DNA of 64,000 nt from an uncultured virus (IMG/VR IMGVR_UViG_3300023097_000002) (IMGVR_UViG_3300023097_000002:1-64000); one strand, 5' to 3'; shown: positions 18,502 to 28,681, counted from the first letter of the stretch. Numbers and translations: made by a program. The notes: generated by a model not told the origin, from the letters alone.

Positions 18502-19209
18502 ATGAACGACATCGCCGTCCTGATCCCTTACGGGAACGAAACGCCCTGGCGCAAGCAGGCGCTGGAGCACGTGAAGTCCTGGTACACCAGCGAGCTGGAA
18601 AGTCCCAGGATTCAGGTCGGGTTCGGTGAGCAGCCGTGGTGCAAGGCGAAGGCCGTGGCCACCGCGCTGGCATCCTGCCCCGAACCGATCGTGATCGTGG
18701 CCGACGCAGACTCGATCACACCGGGCCTGAAGCAGGCCGTGCGTGCGGTACGGCAGGGGGCGGCCTGGGCGGTTCCGCACCTGAAGGTGTACCGGATGGG
18801 CCAGGTGGCCACGAAGCACATCTTCGAGGGCGCCAACCCGGGCTCCTTCACCGGGCAGCTCAGGTGGCTCGACCAGAGGCCCTACAAGGGATTCGAGGGC
18901 GGCGGCATTACGGTGCTGCGACGCGAGGTCTACCTGGACTGCCCGCTGGATCCCGGGTTCGCCGGATGGGGGCAGGAGGACGAGGCGTGGGCGCTGGCCC
19001 TGAACGGCCTCTACGGTCCGTCGTGGCGCGGCCGGGCTCCGCTCTATCACCTCTGGCACGAGAAGCCAGCGCGGATCACCCGGTACGCAGGGTCGGCCGA
19101 GTCGCTGGCCAGGCTGAAGCTCTACAAGGAGACGGCGGCCGGAGGGTCGTGGGACACGCTGCTGGCCGCCGGTCGCGACCTGACCTCCACTGTCAGTGCC
19201 CCGGTGTAG
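18502..19209 (+). CDS. GT-A fold glycosyltransferase (GT2/GT7-like)
   Basis: AVLIPY, WCKAKA, VADAD (DxD), FAGWGQEDE and HLWH motifs. Confidence 0.85.
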   Translation: MNDIAVLIPYGNETPWRKQALEHVKSWYTSELESPRIQVGFGEQPWCKAKAVATALASCPEPIVIVADADSITPGLKQAVRAVRQGAAWAVPHLKVYRMGQVATKHIFEGANPGSFTGQLRWLDQRPYKGFEGGGITVLRREVYLDCPLDPGFAGWGQEDEAWALALNGLYGPSWRGRAPLYHLWHEKPARITRYAGSAESLARLKLYKETAAGGSWDTLLAAGRDLTSTVSAPV

Positions 19210-19218
19210 GGTTGCGAC

Positions 19219-20061
19219 ATGACAGCAGAAGATCAGGAAAATATTCGCACTTTCGTCGAAGGAATCGCGGTGGCCACCATCACCCGGCCATCGACCCGCG
19301 ACAAGCAACGGGCTCCCGGTCCAAGCGATCTCGCCGACAAGTGCGATCTCTGCGTGGCACGGAAGATCGCCGCCTCGCTGGGCATGGGCTCCCATACCGA
19401 ACGGGGGTTCAGCCTGAAGGCGTGGCTCGGCACGGCAGTGCACGAGAAGCTGGAGCGCGACCTGCCCAGCGTGTACGCCCACGCCGAACAGGAGATCACT
19501 GTGGACGTGGCGCAGATTCCTGGCATCGGCCTGGTGCGTGGCCACGTGGACGTGTTCCTGCCACGCAAGAAGACCCTGGTCGACTGGAAGACGACCGACC
19601 TGAAGAAGCTGAAGAAGTACCAGACCCAGGCTGGCCCCGGCGCCTACGTGCACGGGCTGACCGCGCCGGAGCGCGAGGATCTGACCAAGCTCAAGGCGAT
19701 GGACCGGGCCGGGCTGCTCACCGAGGCGGACCTGGGCCGGATGGTCATGCTGATGTCGCGCTCCGAGGAGCACTCGGGCGGCGTGCCGTCGGAGTACATG
19801 GGCCAGACGATGCTGTACCTGTACGGACTGCGGGCGATGGGGCGCGAAGCGGACTACGCTGTCCTCGCGTTCATCCCTCGGGACTCGAACAACGTGAGCG
19901 ACATCTGGGTGGCTTCCTGTGCCTACCGGCCCGACGTGGCCCAGGGCGTCATCAACAGGGCCGCCCACCTGGCCTCTCTCGTGCGCACCGGCAAGATCGG
20001 TGAGTTGACGGCCCACCCCGAGTGCTTCCCGTGCTCGATTCGGCCTAGGCTGCGCGGCTAA
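19219..20061 (+). CDS. Cas4/RecB-like PD-(D/E)xK exonuclease
   Basis: GPSDL..C, GTAVH, GHVD, VDWKT, QTMLY and C-terminal CFPC. Confidence 0.8.
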   Translation: MTAEDQENIRTFVEGIAVATITRPSTRDKQRAPGPSDLADKCDLCVARKIAASLGMGSHTERGFSLKAWLGTAVHEKLERDLPSVYAHAEQEITVDVAQIPGIGLVRGHVDVFLPRKKTLVDWKTTDLKKLKKYQTQAGPGAYVHGLTAPEREDLTKLKAMDRAGLLTEADLGRMVMLMSRSEEHSGGVPSEYMGQTMLYLYGLRAMGREADYAVLAFIPRDSNNVSDIWVASCAYRPDVAQGVINRAAHLASLVRTGKIGELTAHPECFPCSIRPRLRG

Positions 20062-20144
20062 ATAGTGGTAGAGTGGAGACACAAGAACACGACACCACGC
20101 GAACCAAAAACGACACAAGAACAAGCACTGAAAACGAGGCACGC

Positions 20145-21302
20145 ATGACTGAGCTTGTCCGTCGTACAACCGGCGAGGTGGATCCCGCCGAAGCAGCGCG
20201 GCTGTCGAAGTCGAAGCTGATGCCGGAGCACATCGCAGGTGATGCAGCCTCCGCCGAGTACATGATGCGCTTCGGCGCCGCCCTGGGCATCGACCCGATG
20301 TCCTCCTTCCAGCACATCTTCGTCTTCCCCGACGGCAAGGGCCGCCTGAAGGCGGGCATGAGCGCCCACCTGATGCAGGCGCTCGCCGTCGCTGCCGGTC
20401 ACACCGTGCACATCGAGGGCAACGCCGTGAAGGCGACCGCCGTCCTGGTGCGCAAGACGTCGGACGAAGACCTCCAGCGCTTCCAGCGGATGCGCGAGGA
20501 GGAGCGGCGCCAGAAGCTGGCCCGACTGGAGGACATGGACCGGCTGTACAGGATGCAGCGCGGCCAGATCCTGGAGCGCATCGAAGACATCCGAGCCCTT
20601 GCCGAGTTCGACGAGAATGCGTCCCCCGAGGAGATCGCGGCCCTGCGCAAGCAGATCGCGGCCCTGCACGGGCAGTACAACTTCGACGAGCTGCGCGAAT
20701 CCATCTCCACCACGAACTTCGATCTGTCCAAGCTGGTCCGGTTCGAGTCCGTGTGGTCGATGGCGCGAGCCAACCAGATCGGCCTCAACTCCAAGAGCAC
20801 CTGGCAGAACTACGGCCCCGAGATGCTGAAGAGCCGGGCCAAGTCGGGTGTGGTGCGAGACGGTGCGATCGACGTCATCCTCGGCGTCAAGAACATCCTC
20901 GGCGAGATGGGCCTGTCCCTCTCCGAGGACGATCACGACCATCTGGCCATGGCCTCCGCCGCCTACACCCCCGAAGAGCTGGGGGCCGAGGTGAACGAGG
21001 AAGGCGTGCCGATCCAGGGTGAGGTCATCGACGTCACCAAGGGCGGCAGCAAGAAGCAGAAGGTCATGCTCGACGCAGCCCGCAAGGCCGTCGACAAGGG
21101 GACCCCGCAGCAGCTCGCCGACTGGGCCACCCGCATGACCGGCGACGACAGCGCGTCTGTCGACGACAAGATCTCCCGCATCTACGCCATTCAGGAAGCG
21201 GCGCGAGAGGCGGGCAAGGGGGACGAGGTGGTGGTCCAGGGCGATGCCTCGGCACCGCTGAGCCTCCACCTGGAATCCATCGTCAACTCCCTCCGCAACT
21301 GA
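20145..21302 (+). CDS. RecT/Redbeta-like single-strand annealing protein with coiled-coil insertion
   Basis: SAHLMQAL...W...A...GL..K.TWQNYGPEMLKSRA...YTPEELGA; directly downstream of the exonuclease. Confidence 0.65.
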   Translation: MTELVRRTTGEVDPAEAARLSKSKLMPEHIAGDAASAEYMMRFGAALGIDPMSSFQHIFVFPDGKGRLKAGMSAHLMQALAVAAGHTVHIEGNAVKATAVLVRKTSDEDLQRFQRMREEERRQKLARLEDMDRLYRMQRGQILERIEDIRALAEFDENASPEEIAALRKQIAALHGQYNFDELRESISTTNFDLSKLVRFESVWSMARANQIGLNSKSTWQNYGPEMLKSRAKSGVVRDGAIDVILGVKNILGEMGLSLSEDDHDHLAMASAAYTPEELGAEVNEEGVPIQGEVIDVTKGGSKKQKVMLDAARKAVDKGTPQQLADWATRMTGDDSASVDDKISRIYAIQEAAREAGKGDEVVVQGDASAPLSLHLESIVNSLRN

Positions 21303-21333
21303 CGCGGACCACAAGGACAAGGACAAGAACACC

Positions 21334-22569
21334 ATGAGCGACAACGCCGAGTTCGACCCGTTCAACCAGCCCGAGGGTGCCCAGGGTGCCGACGTGAACG
21401 ACGCGGCCCCGGCCGACGACGTCCTCGCGAACGTCGACCTGGACGCCGAGCTGGACGACCTCTTCGCGGGCGCCGAGATGGAGCTGGAGGAGGAGGAGTC
21501 CGACGAGGAGGTGCGCGTCTACGAGGCGGGCAACACCTACGTCAACCCGCTCGACGTCGGCCTGAAGGACAAGATGTGGGTCCCGATCCGGATCTCCGTC
21601 GCCGAGTTCAAGGAGAAGCACACCCCCCGCCTCTCCTCCAAGGTCTGCGTCGCGGTGAAGGTCGGCGACGACGGCAAGAAGCGCGTCTACGTGCCGTTCG
21701 ACCAGGTCGAGGCCGCGCTTCAGACCGGCGCCACCGAGGTCGTCACCGAGATGGAGCTGCCCTACTTCATCTGCGAGGCCAACCACGTCGCGCCGGAGTT
21801 CGGCCAGCGCCGGTACCCGTACGAGATCGAGAGCCCCGCGCTCACGATCAAGACGGCCTTCTTCAAGGAGCAGCGCTCCGGCCGCAAGGGCTACAAGAAC
21901 GAGGACGGCCGCACCCTGCGCGTCGCCGCCAGCGCCACGCAGCCCGGTGAGAAGGTCAGCCTGAAGACCATGCCGGAGATCGCCAAGCGCATCGAGGGCA
22001 AGATCGTGATGGCGTGCATCTCGCTGTCCACGAAGACGAAGAGCCGCCCGCGCCTCGACGGCAACAACCAGCCGATCAACGTGCTGGTGGACCCGGAGAC
22101 CGGTGCCCCGGTCACCGTCTTCTCCCCGCAGGACGGCACCGGCTACATCCTCAACGACGGCTCCGGCCAGGTGTGGGAGGGCAACGAGAAGCTGCTGGTC
22201 AAGGTCGACGACCGGGTCTTCGCCATCGCGGACCGGGGCGAGAACTCCGCGCCGCTGATGGAGGACTACGCGCAGACCACCGACTACCTGAAGACCAAGT
22301 TCCTGCCGGTGCCGGAGCGCAAGGTCGAGGTCGAGCTGCGCAACGGCAACACCGTCAAGGGCGAGATCACCTGGGGCACGGTCGGCGCCATCGCGCAGGA
22401 CAAGACGCCGGGCGTGTTCGTGGACGTCATGCTCGGCGCGGGCGCGGGCGACATGACCGGCAAGACGATCACCGCCGTCTGGCTGGGCACCCAGTGGACG
22501 GAGGTCGCCAAGGACAACGAGGGCGAGGGTGGCGGGCTCGACGAGTTCGCGGGCGCCAAGAACCTCTGA
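21334..22569 (+). CDS. Acidic-ended replication protein, possibly SSB-like
   Basis: Very strong GC3 bias, acidic termini, beta-rich core, located between annealase and primase; function inferred from position. Confidence 0.5.
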   Translation: MSDNAEFDPFNQPEGAQGADVNDAAPADDVLANVDLDAELDDLFAGAEMELEEEESDEEVRVYEAGNTYVNPLDVGLKDKMWVPIRISVAEFKEKHTPRLSSKVCVAVKVGDDGKKRVYVPFDQVEAALQTGATEVVTEMELPYFICEANHVAPEFGQRRYPYEIESPALTIKTAFFKEQRSGRKGYKNEDGRTLRVAASATQPGEKVSLKTMPEIAKRIEGKIVMACISLSTKTKSRPRLDGNNQPINVLVDPETGAPVTVFSPQDGTGYILNDGSGQVWEGNEKLLVKVDDRVFAIADRGENSAPLMEDYAQTTDYLKTKFLPVPERKVEVELRNGNTVKGEITWGTVGAIAQDKTPGVFVDVMLGAGAGDMTGKTITAVWLGTQWTEVAKDNEGEGGGLDEFAGAKNL

Positions 22570-22620
22570 TCGCAACAAGATGAGCTGGGCGGATACGATC
22601 GGTTATCCGCCCGGTTCATG

Positions 22621-22650
22621 ACGGGCGGGGCCTTCCGGGGTCCCGCCCGT
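22621..22650 (+). terminator. Hairpin terminator
   Basis: ACGGGCGGG...CCCGCCCGT followed by TCT. Confidence 0.65.
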
Positions 22651-22690
22651 TCTGCGTCCGGAAAGTCGCACGAGAAAGGGAGGGACGCGG

Positions 22691-24976
22691 GTGAGCTTCG
22701 TCTTCTTCGACACCCTCTTTCCGAAGATCAATGACGACGGAAAGGATCTGGGCTTCGTCGCGATCTCGTTGTTCCCGGGCGGCATATACGACCCGGACGA
22801 AAAGACGGGACCGACGCAGACCACCTTCTTCGCGTGGCCGTCGCAGCGCGATGACCTCGTTGCCTTCTGCCTGGGAAGCAGCGACAAGGACGTCTACACC
22901 GTCCCTGCCCTGTTCCGCACCAGGAGCAGCCGCAAGGGCAACAACATCGCCCACCAGTGGGCCGCGTACGCCGACGCCGACACGCTTCCGCTGGACCGTC
23001 TCAAGGTCGAGCCGACCATGGTCGTCGAGACGTCCGAGGGGCGTCATCACCTGTACTGGGTGACCGAGACCGACGATCCGCAGCAGCTCATCGACATCTC
23101 CCGGGCCATCGCCTCCGAGCACACCCGCGACGGATGCGACCCGAGCGGCTGGGATGCGGGCCAGCTCCTGCGCGTGCCGGGCACGGCGAACAACAAGTAC
23201 TCCCGGCACGGGCGTCCGCGCTGGCAGGTTCCGCAGCCGAAGATGGGCGCCACGTACACGATGAAGGCGCTGGTTAGCGCCTATCCTCCCTACAGCACGC
23301 AGGACCGGCCGAGCGTTGCCAGCGACATGCCGCCGAAGTCCGACTGGTACTTCTCGCAGCAGTCGATCCGCGAGTCCGCCGAGGTCTTCCGCTCCAGCCC
23401 GGAAGTCCACGACCTATACGCGGCCGACCTGAAGCCGGACCAGGACCGCTCGAAGACCCTGTGGAAGCTGCTCAGCCTGCTGTCGCGGCTGAACGTCTCC
23501 CGCATCACGGCCATGCACATCGGCTGGTCGGCGAAGTGCAACAAGTACAAGATCGACGGCCGTCCCGAGGAAGAGCTGTGGCAGCAGCTCTGCAAGGCGT
23601 ACGACCACCCCGACAACCAGCCCAAGCGCAACAGCTTCTCCGACATCGGCTTCCGCAAGGAGGCCGATGAGAGCGAGGAGAACCCCGAGAAGAAGCTCGC
23701 CGACTTCGCCGAGGCCGTCTCGATCCTTCTTCCGGAGGAGCGCGACCGTGTCCCGATGGACACCTTCGTTGACCGGTATCAGCAGTGGGCCGAGACGCGC
23801 ACCGACGCCCCGTCCTGCTATCACCGGGCGGGCGCCGCGACGGTCCTGTCCACCGTGCTGGGCGAGTTCGGAAAGTGCCCGACGAAGTTCGACACGAACC
23901 TGACCCTGTGGTTCTTCATCCTCGGCCCGACCACCCGGGCCCGGAAGACGACCGCGATGATGATGTGGGTCGACTTCCTGGACGAGCTGTCCAACGACAC
24001 CTTCCCGTACCTGCTCGGCTCCGATGTCACGTCGGAAGCCCTGAGCGTCATCCTCCCTGACCGCAACGGCCGGTCCTCGGTGTTCTACCGGGATGAGGCC
24101 CACGGCCTGCTGTACGAACAGGCGGCGAAGCGGTACCTGGCGGGCGTGCGCGAGCACATGACGGAGCTGTTCACCGGCCGCGTCCGGATCGCTCTGCGCG
24201 TCGGCAACCTGAAGGAGCACGAGGACCGCGACCTGTCGGTCATCCGCACGAACTTCCTGATGTTCCTGTGCGGCACGCTCCAGCAGGTCACCGAGCACCT
24301 GACGATCGGCGACTACCAGTCCGGCCACTTGGCCCGCTTCCTCATCGCGGAGGCCGACCCGCCGCCGATGACCGAGGAGGGCATGTTCACCGAGCAGTTC
24401 GACGGCCAGACCCCGGCCGACGACGTGATGCGCCAGGGGCTGCTCAACGACATGTTCGCGGCGCGGGCCTTCTGGATGGAGGAGACCAAGCCGGGCGACA
24501 CGGTGATGATCCCCTTCGACGACCCGACCTGGCGCCGCCTCCAGAAGGCCAAGTGGGAACTGTACGCGGCGGCCGACAAGCACGAGCTGGCCGAAGTGCT
24601 GCTGCCCACGACCTCGCGCATGGGCGACTCGATGATGAAGATGGCCGTCCTCATCGCGATGTCCGAGCGGGAGAAGATCGTGCGGATGCCGCACCTGCTG
24701 AAGGCGATGCACCTGACCGAGGAGTGGTACCGCTCGACGGCACGCGTCGCGGGCAAGATTCTCCACTCGGAATGGGCGGCCCGGCAGAACGAAATCCTCA
24801 CCGCGATCCAGGCACGGAAGGAGGGCGTCACGGAGCAGGACATCTACTCGCGATTCCGCTCTAAGATCCAGGAGAGGGACATCGAGTCGGACCTGCACGT
24901 GCTCGCCAAGGCGGGCCTGATTCACAAGACGATGGAACGCGGAAGGGTGCGGTACGTACCGATCGCGCGAAGCTGA
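22691..24976 (+). CDS. Primase (RepB'-like AEP) fused to a helicase-like P-loop domain
   Basis: ADAD, VETSEGRHHLYW, LLRVPGTANNK; C-terminal GPTTRARKTT and YRDE. Confidence 0.8.
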   Translation: MSFVFFDTLFPKINDDGKDLGFVAISLFPGGIYDPDEKTGPTQTTFFAWPSQRDDLVAFCLGSSDKDVYTVPALFRTRSSRKGNNIAHQWAAYADADTLPLDRLKVEPTMVVETSEGRHHLYWVTETDDPQQLIDISRAIASEHTRDGCDPSGWDAGQLLRVPGTANNKYSRHGRPRWQVPQPKMGATYTMKALVSAYPPYSTQDRPSVASDMPPKSDWYFSQQSIRESAEVFRSSPEVHDLYAADLKPDQDRSKTLWKLLSLLSRLNVSRITAMHIGWSAKCNKYKIDGRPEEELWQQLCKAYDHPDNQPKRNSFSDIGFRKEADESEENPEKKLADFAEAVSILLPEERDRVPMDTFVDRYQQWAETRTDAPSCYHRAGAATVLSTVLGEFGKCPTKFDTNLTLWFFILGPTTRARKTTAMMMWVDFLDELSNDTFPYLLGSDVTSEALSVILPDRNGRSSVFYRDEAHGLLYEQAAKRYLAGVREHMTELFTGRVRIALRVGNLKEHEDRDLSVIRTNFLMFLCGTLQQVTEHLTIGDYQSGHLARFLIAEADPPPMTEEGMFTEQFDGQTPADDVMRQGLLNDMFAARAFWMEETKPGDTVMIPFDDPTWRRLQKAKWELYAAADKHELAEVLLPTTSRMGDSMMKMAVLIAMSEREKIVRMPHLLKAMHLTEEWYRSTARVAGKILHSEWAARQNEILTAIQARKEGVTEQDIYSRFRSKIQERDIESDLHVLAKAGLIHKTMERGRVRYVPIARS

Positions 24977-24988
24977 CCCGGAGGAAGC

Positions 24989-25936
24989 GTGGCCCGAAAG
25001 CCGACCGGGCGCCCGCCGGGGAGGCCGCCCGGGGACCGCTACGGAACGCCCCAGGAGCGCGTCTCCCGGGCCAGGACGCTCGTTCCCTCACTGCACCGCT
25101 TCCCACACCTCGTGAGGGCCGTGGAGCGCGTCATGGACGCCCCCAACCGGACCGTCTTCCGCAGCCCGTACAACACCAACCCGGCCGACGTCGACCTGCT
25201 CCACGTGTACAGCCCGGCGGAGAGAGGGCAGATCCTTTCCTTCACCTGGTGGGCCCACGTGAACCGCCGCAGGTGGAGCAGGCGGCGTCGGCTGGCGGCA
25301 GTGACCCTGCTCAGCCCGCTGATGCTCTTCAGCTCCTCCTTCTTCGAGGAGATGACCGAGCTGTCCTCGACGACCTGTCAGAAGTGGATGGTCCGGCCCG
25401 AGGGAATGCAGGCCACGCGAGTGCTCGGTTCGTGCGACATGCGGGTGGTGCACCTGGCCCTGGAGGCGGCGACGCGCGGCGACACCGCCTTCCGGCTGTT
25501 CGCGGCCGACATCGTCCGGGACAAGGGCGTGCCCGAGGCCATGGCCTCGCGGCTCACGGGCGTCCCGAAGGTGGTTCTCCTGGAGCCCTCGCGCGGCGTG
25601 CAGTTCACGCCGGTCGGCCCCGACCTGGACACCCTGTCGGTGCGTTCGCGTGAGGACCAGATGTTCTGGCAGGGCATGGCGAGCCAGCGGGACGTGGAGC
25701 TGGCGCCGTACGTCTACGGCCAGGAGTGGGTCCGCGATCTGTTCCCGGAAATGCTCCTGAAGGAGAACATCTTCACTGCGACTCCCGTCCCTAGAAACGG
25801 TGAGGACTGCTACCATTTGTGCATCCCCGAGCTGCCTAGGCCACATCGCGCCCGGCACCTCGGAAGCAGGTACTACGACCTGCTCTACTCGTGGGAGGAG
25901 AAGTACCTCCTGCCCGCGACCACGGGAATCGCGTGA
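24989..25936 (+). CDS. Hypothetical protein with AT-hook-like N-terminus
   Basis: RKPTGRPPGRPP; fills the gap between primase and polymerase; RBS GGAGG. Confidence 0.6.
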   Translation: MARKPTGRPPGRPPGDRYGTPQERVSRARTLVPSLHRFPHLVRAVERVMDAPNRTVFRSPYNTNPADVDLLHVYSPAERGQILSFTWWAHVNRRRWSRRRRLAAVTLLSPLMLFSSSFFEEMTELSSTTCQKWMVRPEGMQATRVLGSCDMRVVHLALEAATRGDTAFRLFAADIVRDKGVPEAMASRLTGVPKVVLLEPSRGVQFTPVGPDLDTLSVRSREDQMFWQGMASQRDVELAPYVYGQEWVRDLFPEMLLKENIFTATPVPRNGEDCYHLCIPELPRPHRARHLGSRYYDLLYSWEEKYLLPATTGIA

Positions 25937-25950
25937 CGGAGGGGGAAGAG

Positions 25951-27918
25951 ATGGCCGGTGTAGTCGGCTTCGACATCGAGACCGCCAGCGCCGACCTGCT
26001 CTTCAAGGGGGGCTACGAAGGCCCGTTCGTCCGGCTCGTCGGCTGGGTGATCGACGACGGCGAGCCGCAGATATCCACGGATCCCCAGGATCTGCTCGAC
26101 GTCCTGCGCGACGCCAGCGTGATCTACGGGCACAACATTCTCGGATTTGACCTCGTGGCCCTGGCCGTCCACTGCGGTGCGGACTACCACGAGCTGGCAG
26201 AGAAGGCGATCGACACCCTCGTGGGCGAGCGCACCATCAACCCGCCGTACCCGAAGCTCCGGCCCGGCGTGAAGCTCAACTTCAAGGCTCTCGCGAAGCG
26301 TGGCCTCACCCCCTCCGACCTGCGCATCAGCTACCGCCTCAACGACGTGGCCGTGCGCTACGGATTCGAGGGGAAGACAGACCACCTGCCCCGGCTGGCC
26401 ACGCAGTACGGCGGCTACGACAAGATCCCCCTGAAGCTGGCCGAGTACTGGGACTACCTGCGCGGCGACCTCATCGCCTCCCGCCAGGTCTACCGCGAGA
26501 TGGGCCAGCGGGCCTACCGCAAGAACCTGATCCCCGTGGTCAAGCGCGAGATGCTGATCTCGGCGATCCAGAACGGCATGTACCTCAAGGGCCTCGGCGT
26601 GGACATGGACGAGGTCCACCAGCAGATCAAGATGGCCGAGCAACAGCGGGCGCAAGCGTACGAGCTGCTGCACGAGAAGGCCGGGGTCCCGCTCCCCCAC
26701 TCCGAGGTCCACTGGCAGGAGCGCGTCGAGGTACGCATCCCCCGCACGACCAAACACGGCAAGCGGGTTCGGTCCCTGTACGAGTCGCTGTTCAACCGGC
26801 CGTGCCCCGACCTCCGTATGGGATGGAAGTGGCGCACCAAGACGATCGGCGCCTCCCCGCTCACGACGACCGAAGGGCGCGACGCCTTCGAGCGGGCCTT
26901 GCGCCGGGCCGGGGTCCGCGACCAGGACGTTCCGTACACCCTGAACGGCGGCAAGCTCGCTCTCTCGAAGGACGCGCTCGGCAAGGAGTCCTGGCTGCGC
27001 GGCCAGGAGTCGATACCTGGCCTGAGCCGGAAGTACGCCGACAATCCCGACGTGCTGGAGCTGTGCGAGGCGGCCATCATGGTCGGATCGGCCAGCGCCA
27101 AGGCGGAGGAGGTGCTGGAGAACGTCTGTCCCGACGGGCGCGTGCATCCGCAGATCGGCGACATCCAGGCTTCCGGCCGCTGGGCCCACATCAAGCCCTC
27201 GGTCACGAACATCGGCAAGCGCGGCGCCGCGCTGCTCCAGCGCCGGATGTTCAGGGCGAAGCGGGGGCACGTCTTCATCGCCATTGACCTCGACCAGGTC
27301 GACGCCCGCGCCGTGGCCGGATGGTGCCAGGACCCCGAGTACATGAAGCTCGCCCGGCCGGGGATGGACATGCACCGGGAGGTCGCGTTCCGCGTCTTCG
27401 GCAGCCGCGACGACGACGCGCGCGGCCGGGCCAAGGCGATCACCCACGCCTGGAACTACGGCCAGGGCCCGAAGGGCGCCTCAGCCCACACCGGGCTGCC
27501 GCTGGAGGTCACCAGGAAGTTCGACGACGGGATGAAGCGGGCCTTCCCGGTCCTGTGCCGCTGGCGCGACCGCATCCGGCGCCGGGCCGAGCAGACGGGC
27601 CTGGTGCCCAGCAAGTGGGGTCGCGTGCTGCGCGTCATCCCTGGCCAGGAGTACACGCAGGCGCCCGCCCAGGTCGGCCAGTCGACGACGAGGGACTTGC
27701 TCTGCGACGGCCTGCTGAGGATGGACCGCGAGGTGCTGGAGATGCTGGTCCTCGTGATCCACGACGAGATCGTGCTGGAGGTCCCGCAGGAGCGCGTCGA
27801 GGAGATCGCGGCGAAGGCCATGAAGGCGCTGACGACCTTCTTCGAGACCGTTCCGATCACGTGCGGGTCGAGTCCGGCGTCGCGGTCGTGGATCGGCTGC
27901 TACGAGAAGGCCGCATAG
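25951..27918 (+). CDS. Family A DNA polymerase with 3'-5' exonuclease domain
   Basis: FDIET and GHNILGFD exonuclease motifs; motif A DLDQVDAR, motif B RGRAKAITHAWNYG, motif C IHDE. Confidence 0.92.
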   Translation: MAGVVGFDIETASADLLFKGGYEGPFVRLVGWVIDDGEPQISTDPQDLLDVLRDASVIYGHNILGFDLVALAVHCGADYHELAEKAIDTLVGERTINPPYPKLRPGVKLNFKALAKRGLTPSDLRISYRLNDVAVRYGFEGKTDHLPRLATQYGGYDKIPLKLAEYWDYLRGDLIASRQVYREMGQRAYRKNLIPVVKREMLISAIQNGMYLKGLGVDMDEVHQQIKMAEQQRAQAYELLHEKAGVPLPHSEVHWQERVEVRIPRTTKHGKRVRSLYESLFNRPCPDLRMGWKWRTKTIGASPLTTTEGRDAFERALRRAGVRDQDVPYTLNGGKLALSKDALGKESWLRGQESIPGLSRKYADNPDVLELCEAAIMVGSASAKAEEVLENVCPDGRVHPQIGDIQASGRWAHIKPSVTNIGKRGAALLQRRMFRAKRGHVFIAIDLDQVDARAVAGWCQDPEYMKLARPGMDMHREVAFRVFGSRDDDARGRAKAITHAWNYGQGPKGASAHTGLPLEVTRKFDDGMKRAFPVLCRWRDRIRRRAEQTGLVPSKWGRVLRVIPGQEYTQAPAQVGQSTTRDLLCDGLLRMDREVLEMLVLVIHDEIVLEVPQERVEEIAAKAMKALTTFFETVPITCGSSPASRSWIGCYEKAA

Positions 27919-28099
27919 TCCGGCACCAGCAGGTTGGCAGGTGAACGTAACGCACCCGCCCGGTTTCCGCGTTCTCCTGGTACTGCACCTGGTGCCGGTT
28001 CCCGGCCGTGTCGGTCATGGGTACAGGCCACGCATGTACGTACCGCCAGGCATTTTCATCCATTAGGCACCAATTATCGGAGAGGAAAGGGATGTTCGG

Positions 28100-28681
28100 A
28101 TGGATCCCGAGACGATGGCGCAGGGCTACTTCCTCGACTGCATGGACCCCGGCGGCGAAACCGGGATGAGCCTGCTGCACATCCGGCCGCGCGAATTCGA
28201 GCTGATCGACTGGACCACCGTTCCCTACGACCCCCGACTGGGGAGTCTGGGCGCCATGCCGTCGATGCAGCTCATCGAGTGGAACGCCAGGTATCCCGGC
28301 AGGCATCACCTGCTCTACGAGAACTTCCACCTGCGCAACAACGACGCCCAGAAGGACGTCACGGCGCTGCGAGTCATCGGTTCCGTGGAGCAGGTGATGT
28401 TCGAGCGGGACCTGTTCGAGGCCGTGCATCCCCAGGAGCCCGTCGAGGCCAAGCACATGGTCCCCGACGAGGTGCTGGAGATACTGGGCCTCCACATGGG
28501 ACACGAGCACGCCCAGCGGCACGTCAGGGACTCCCTGCGGCATGCCGTGGCCCACCTGACCCGCATGCGGTACCTCCCGGTGTGCCGGGTGGCCTACCCG
28601 AGGGGCGGCAGGACTACGACCCCTCCAGCCCCTCGTTCGCGCCGGTCAGGCGGTTCCACTCGGGCCACGGCAGCACCGTGA
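28100..28681 (+). CDS. RuvC-like Holliday junction resolvase
   Basis: MDPGGETG, YENF, VIG and HVRDSLRH motifs. Confidence 0.75.
   Translation: MDPETMAQGYFLDCMDPGGETGMSLLHIRPREFELIDWTTVPYDPRLGSLGAMPSMQLIEWNARYPGRHHLLYENFHLRNNDAQKDVTALRVIGSVEQVMFERDLFEAVHPQEPVEAKHMVPDEVLEILGLHMGHEHAQRHVRDSLRHAVAHLTRMRYLPVCRVAYPRGGRTTTPPAPRSRRSGGSTRATAAP

Noticed and set aside
19219..20061. CRISPR-Cas system suggested by the Cas4-like gene
   Set aside because: No repeat-spacer array or other cas genes; solo Cas4-like nucleases are common in phages
25833..25843. Additional CCTAGG motif copy
   Set aside because: Inside a CDS, mismatched left arm and no promoter context
25951..27918. Z-genome (DpoZ/PurZ) system
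   Set aside because: No PurZ or DatZ-like gene recognised in the window; motif changes alone are insufficient
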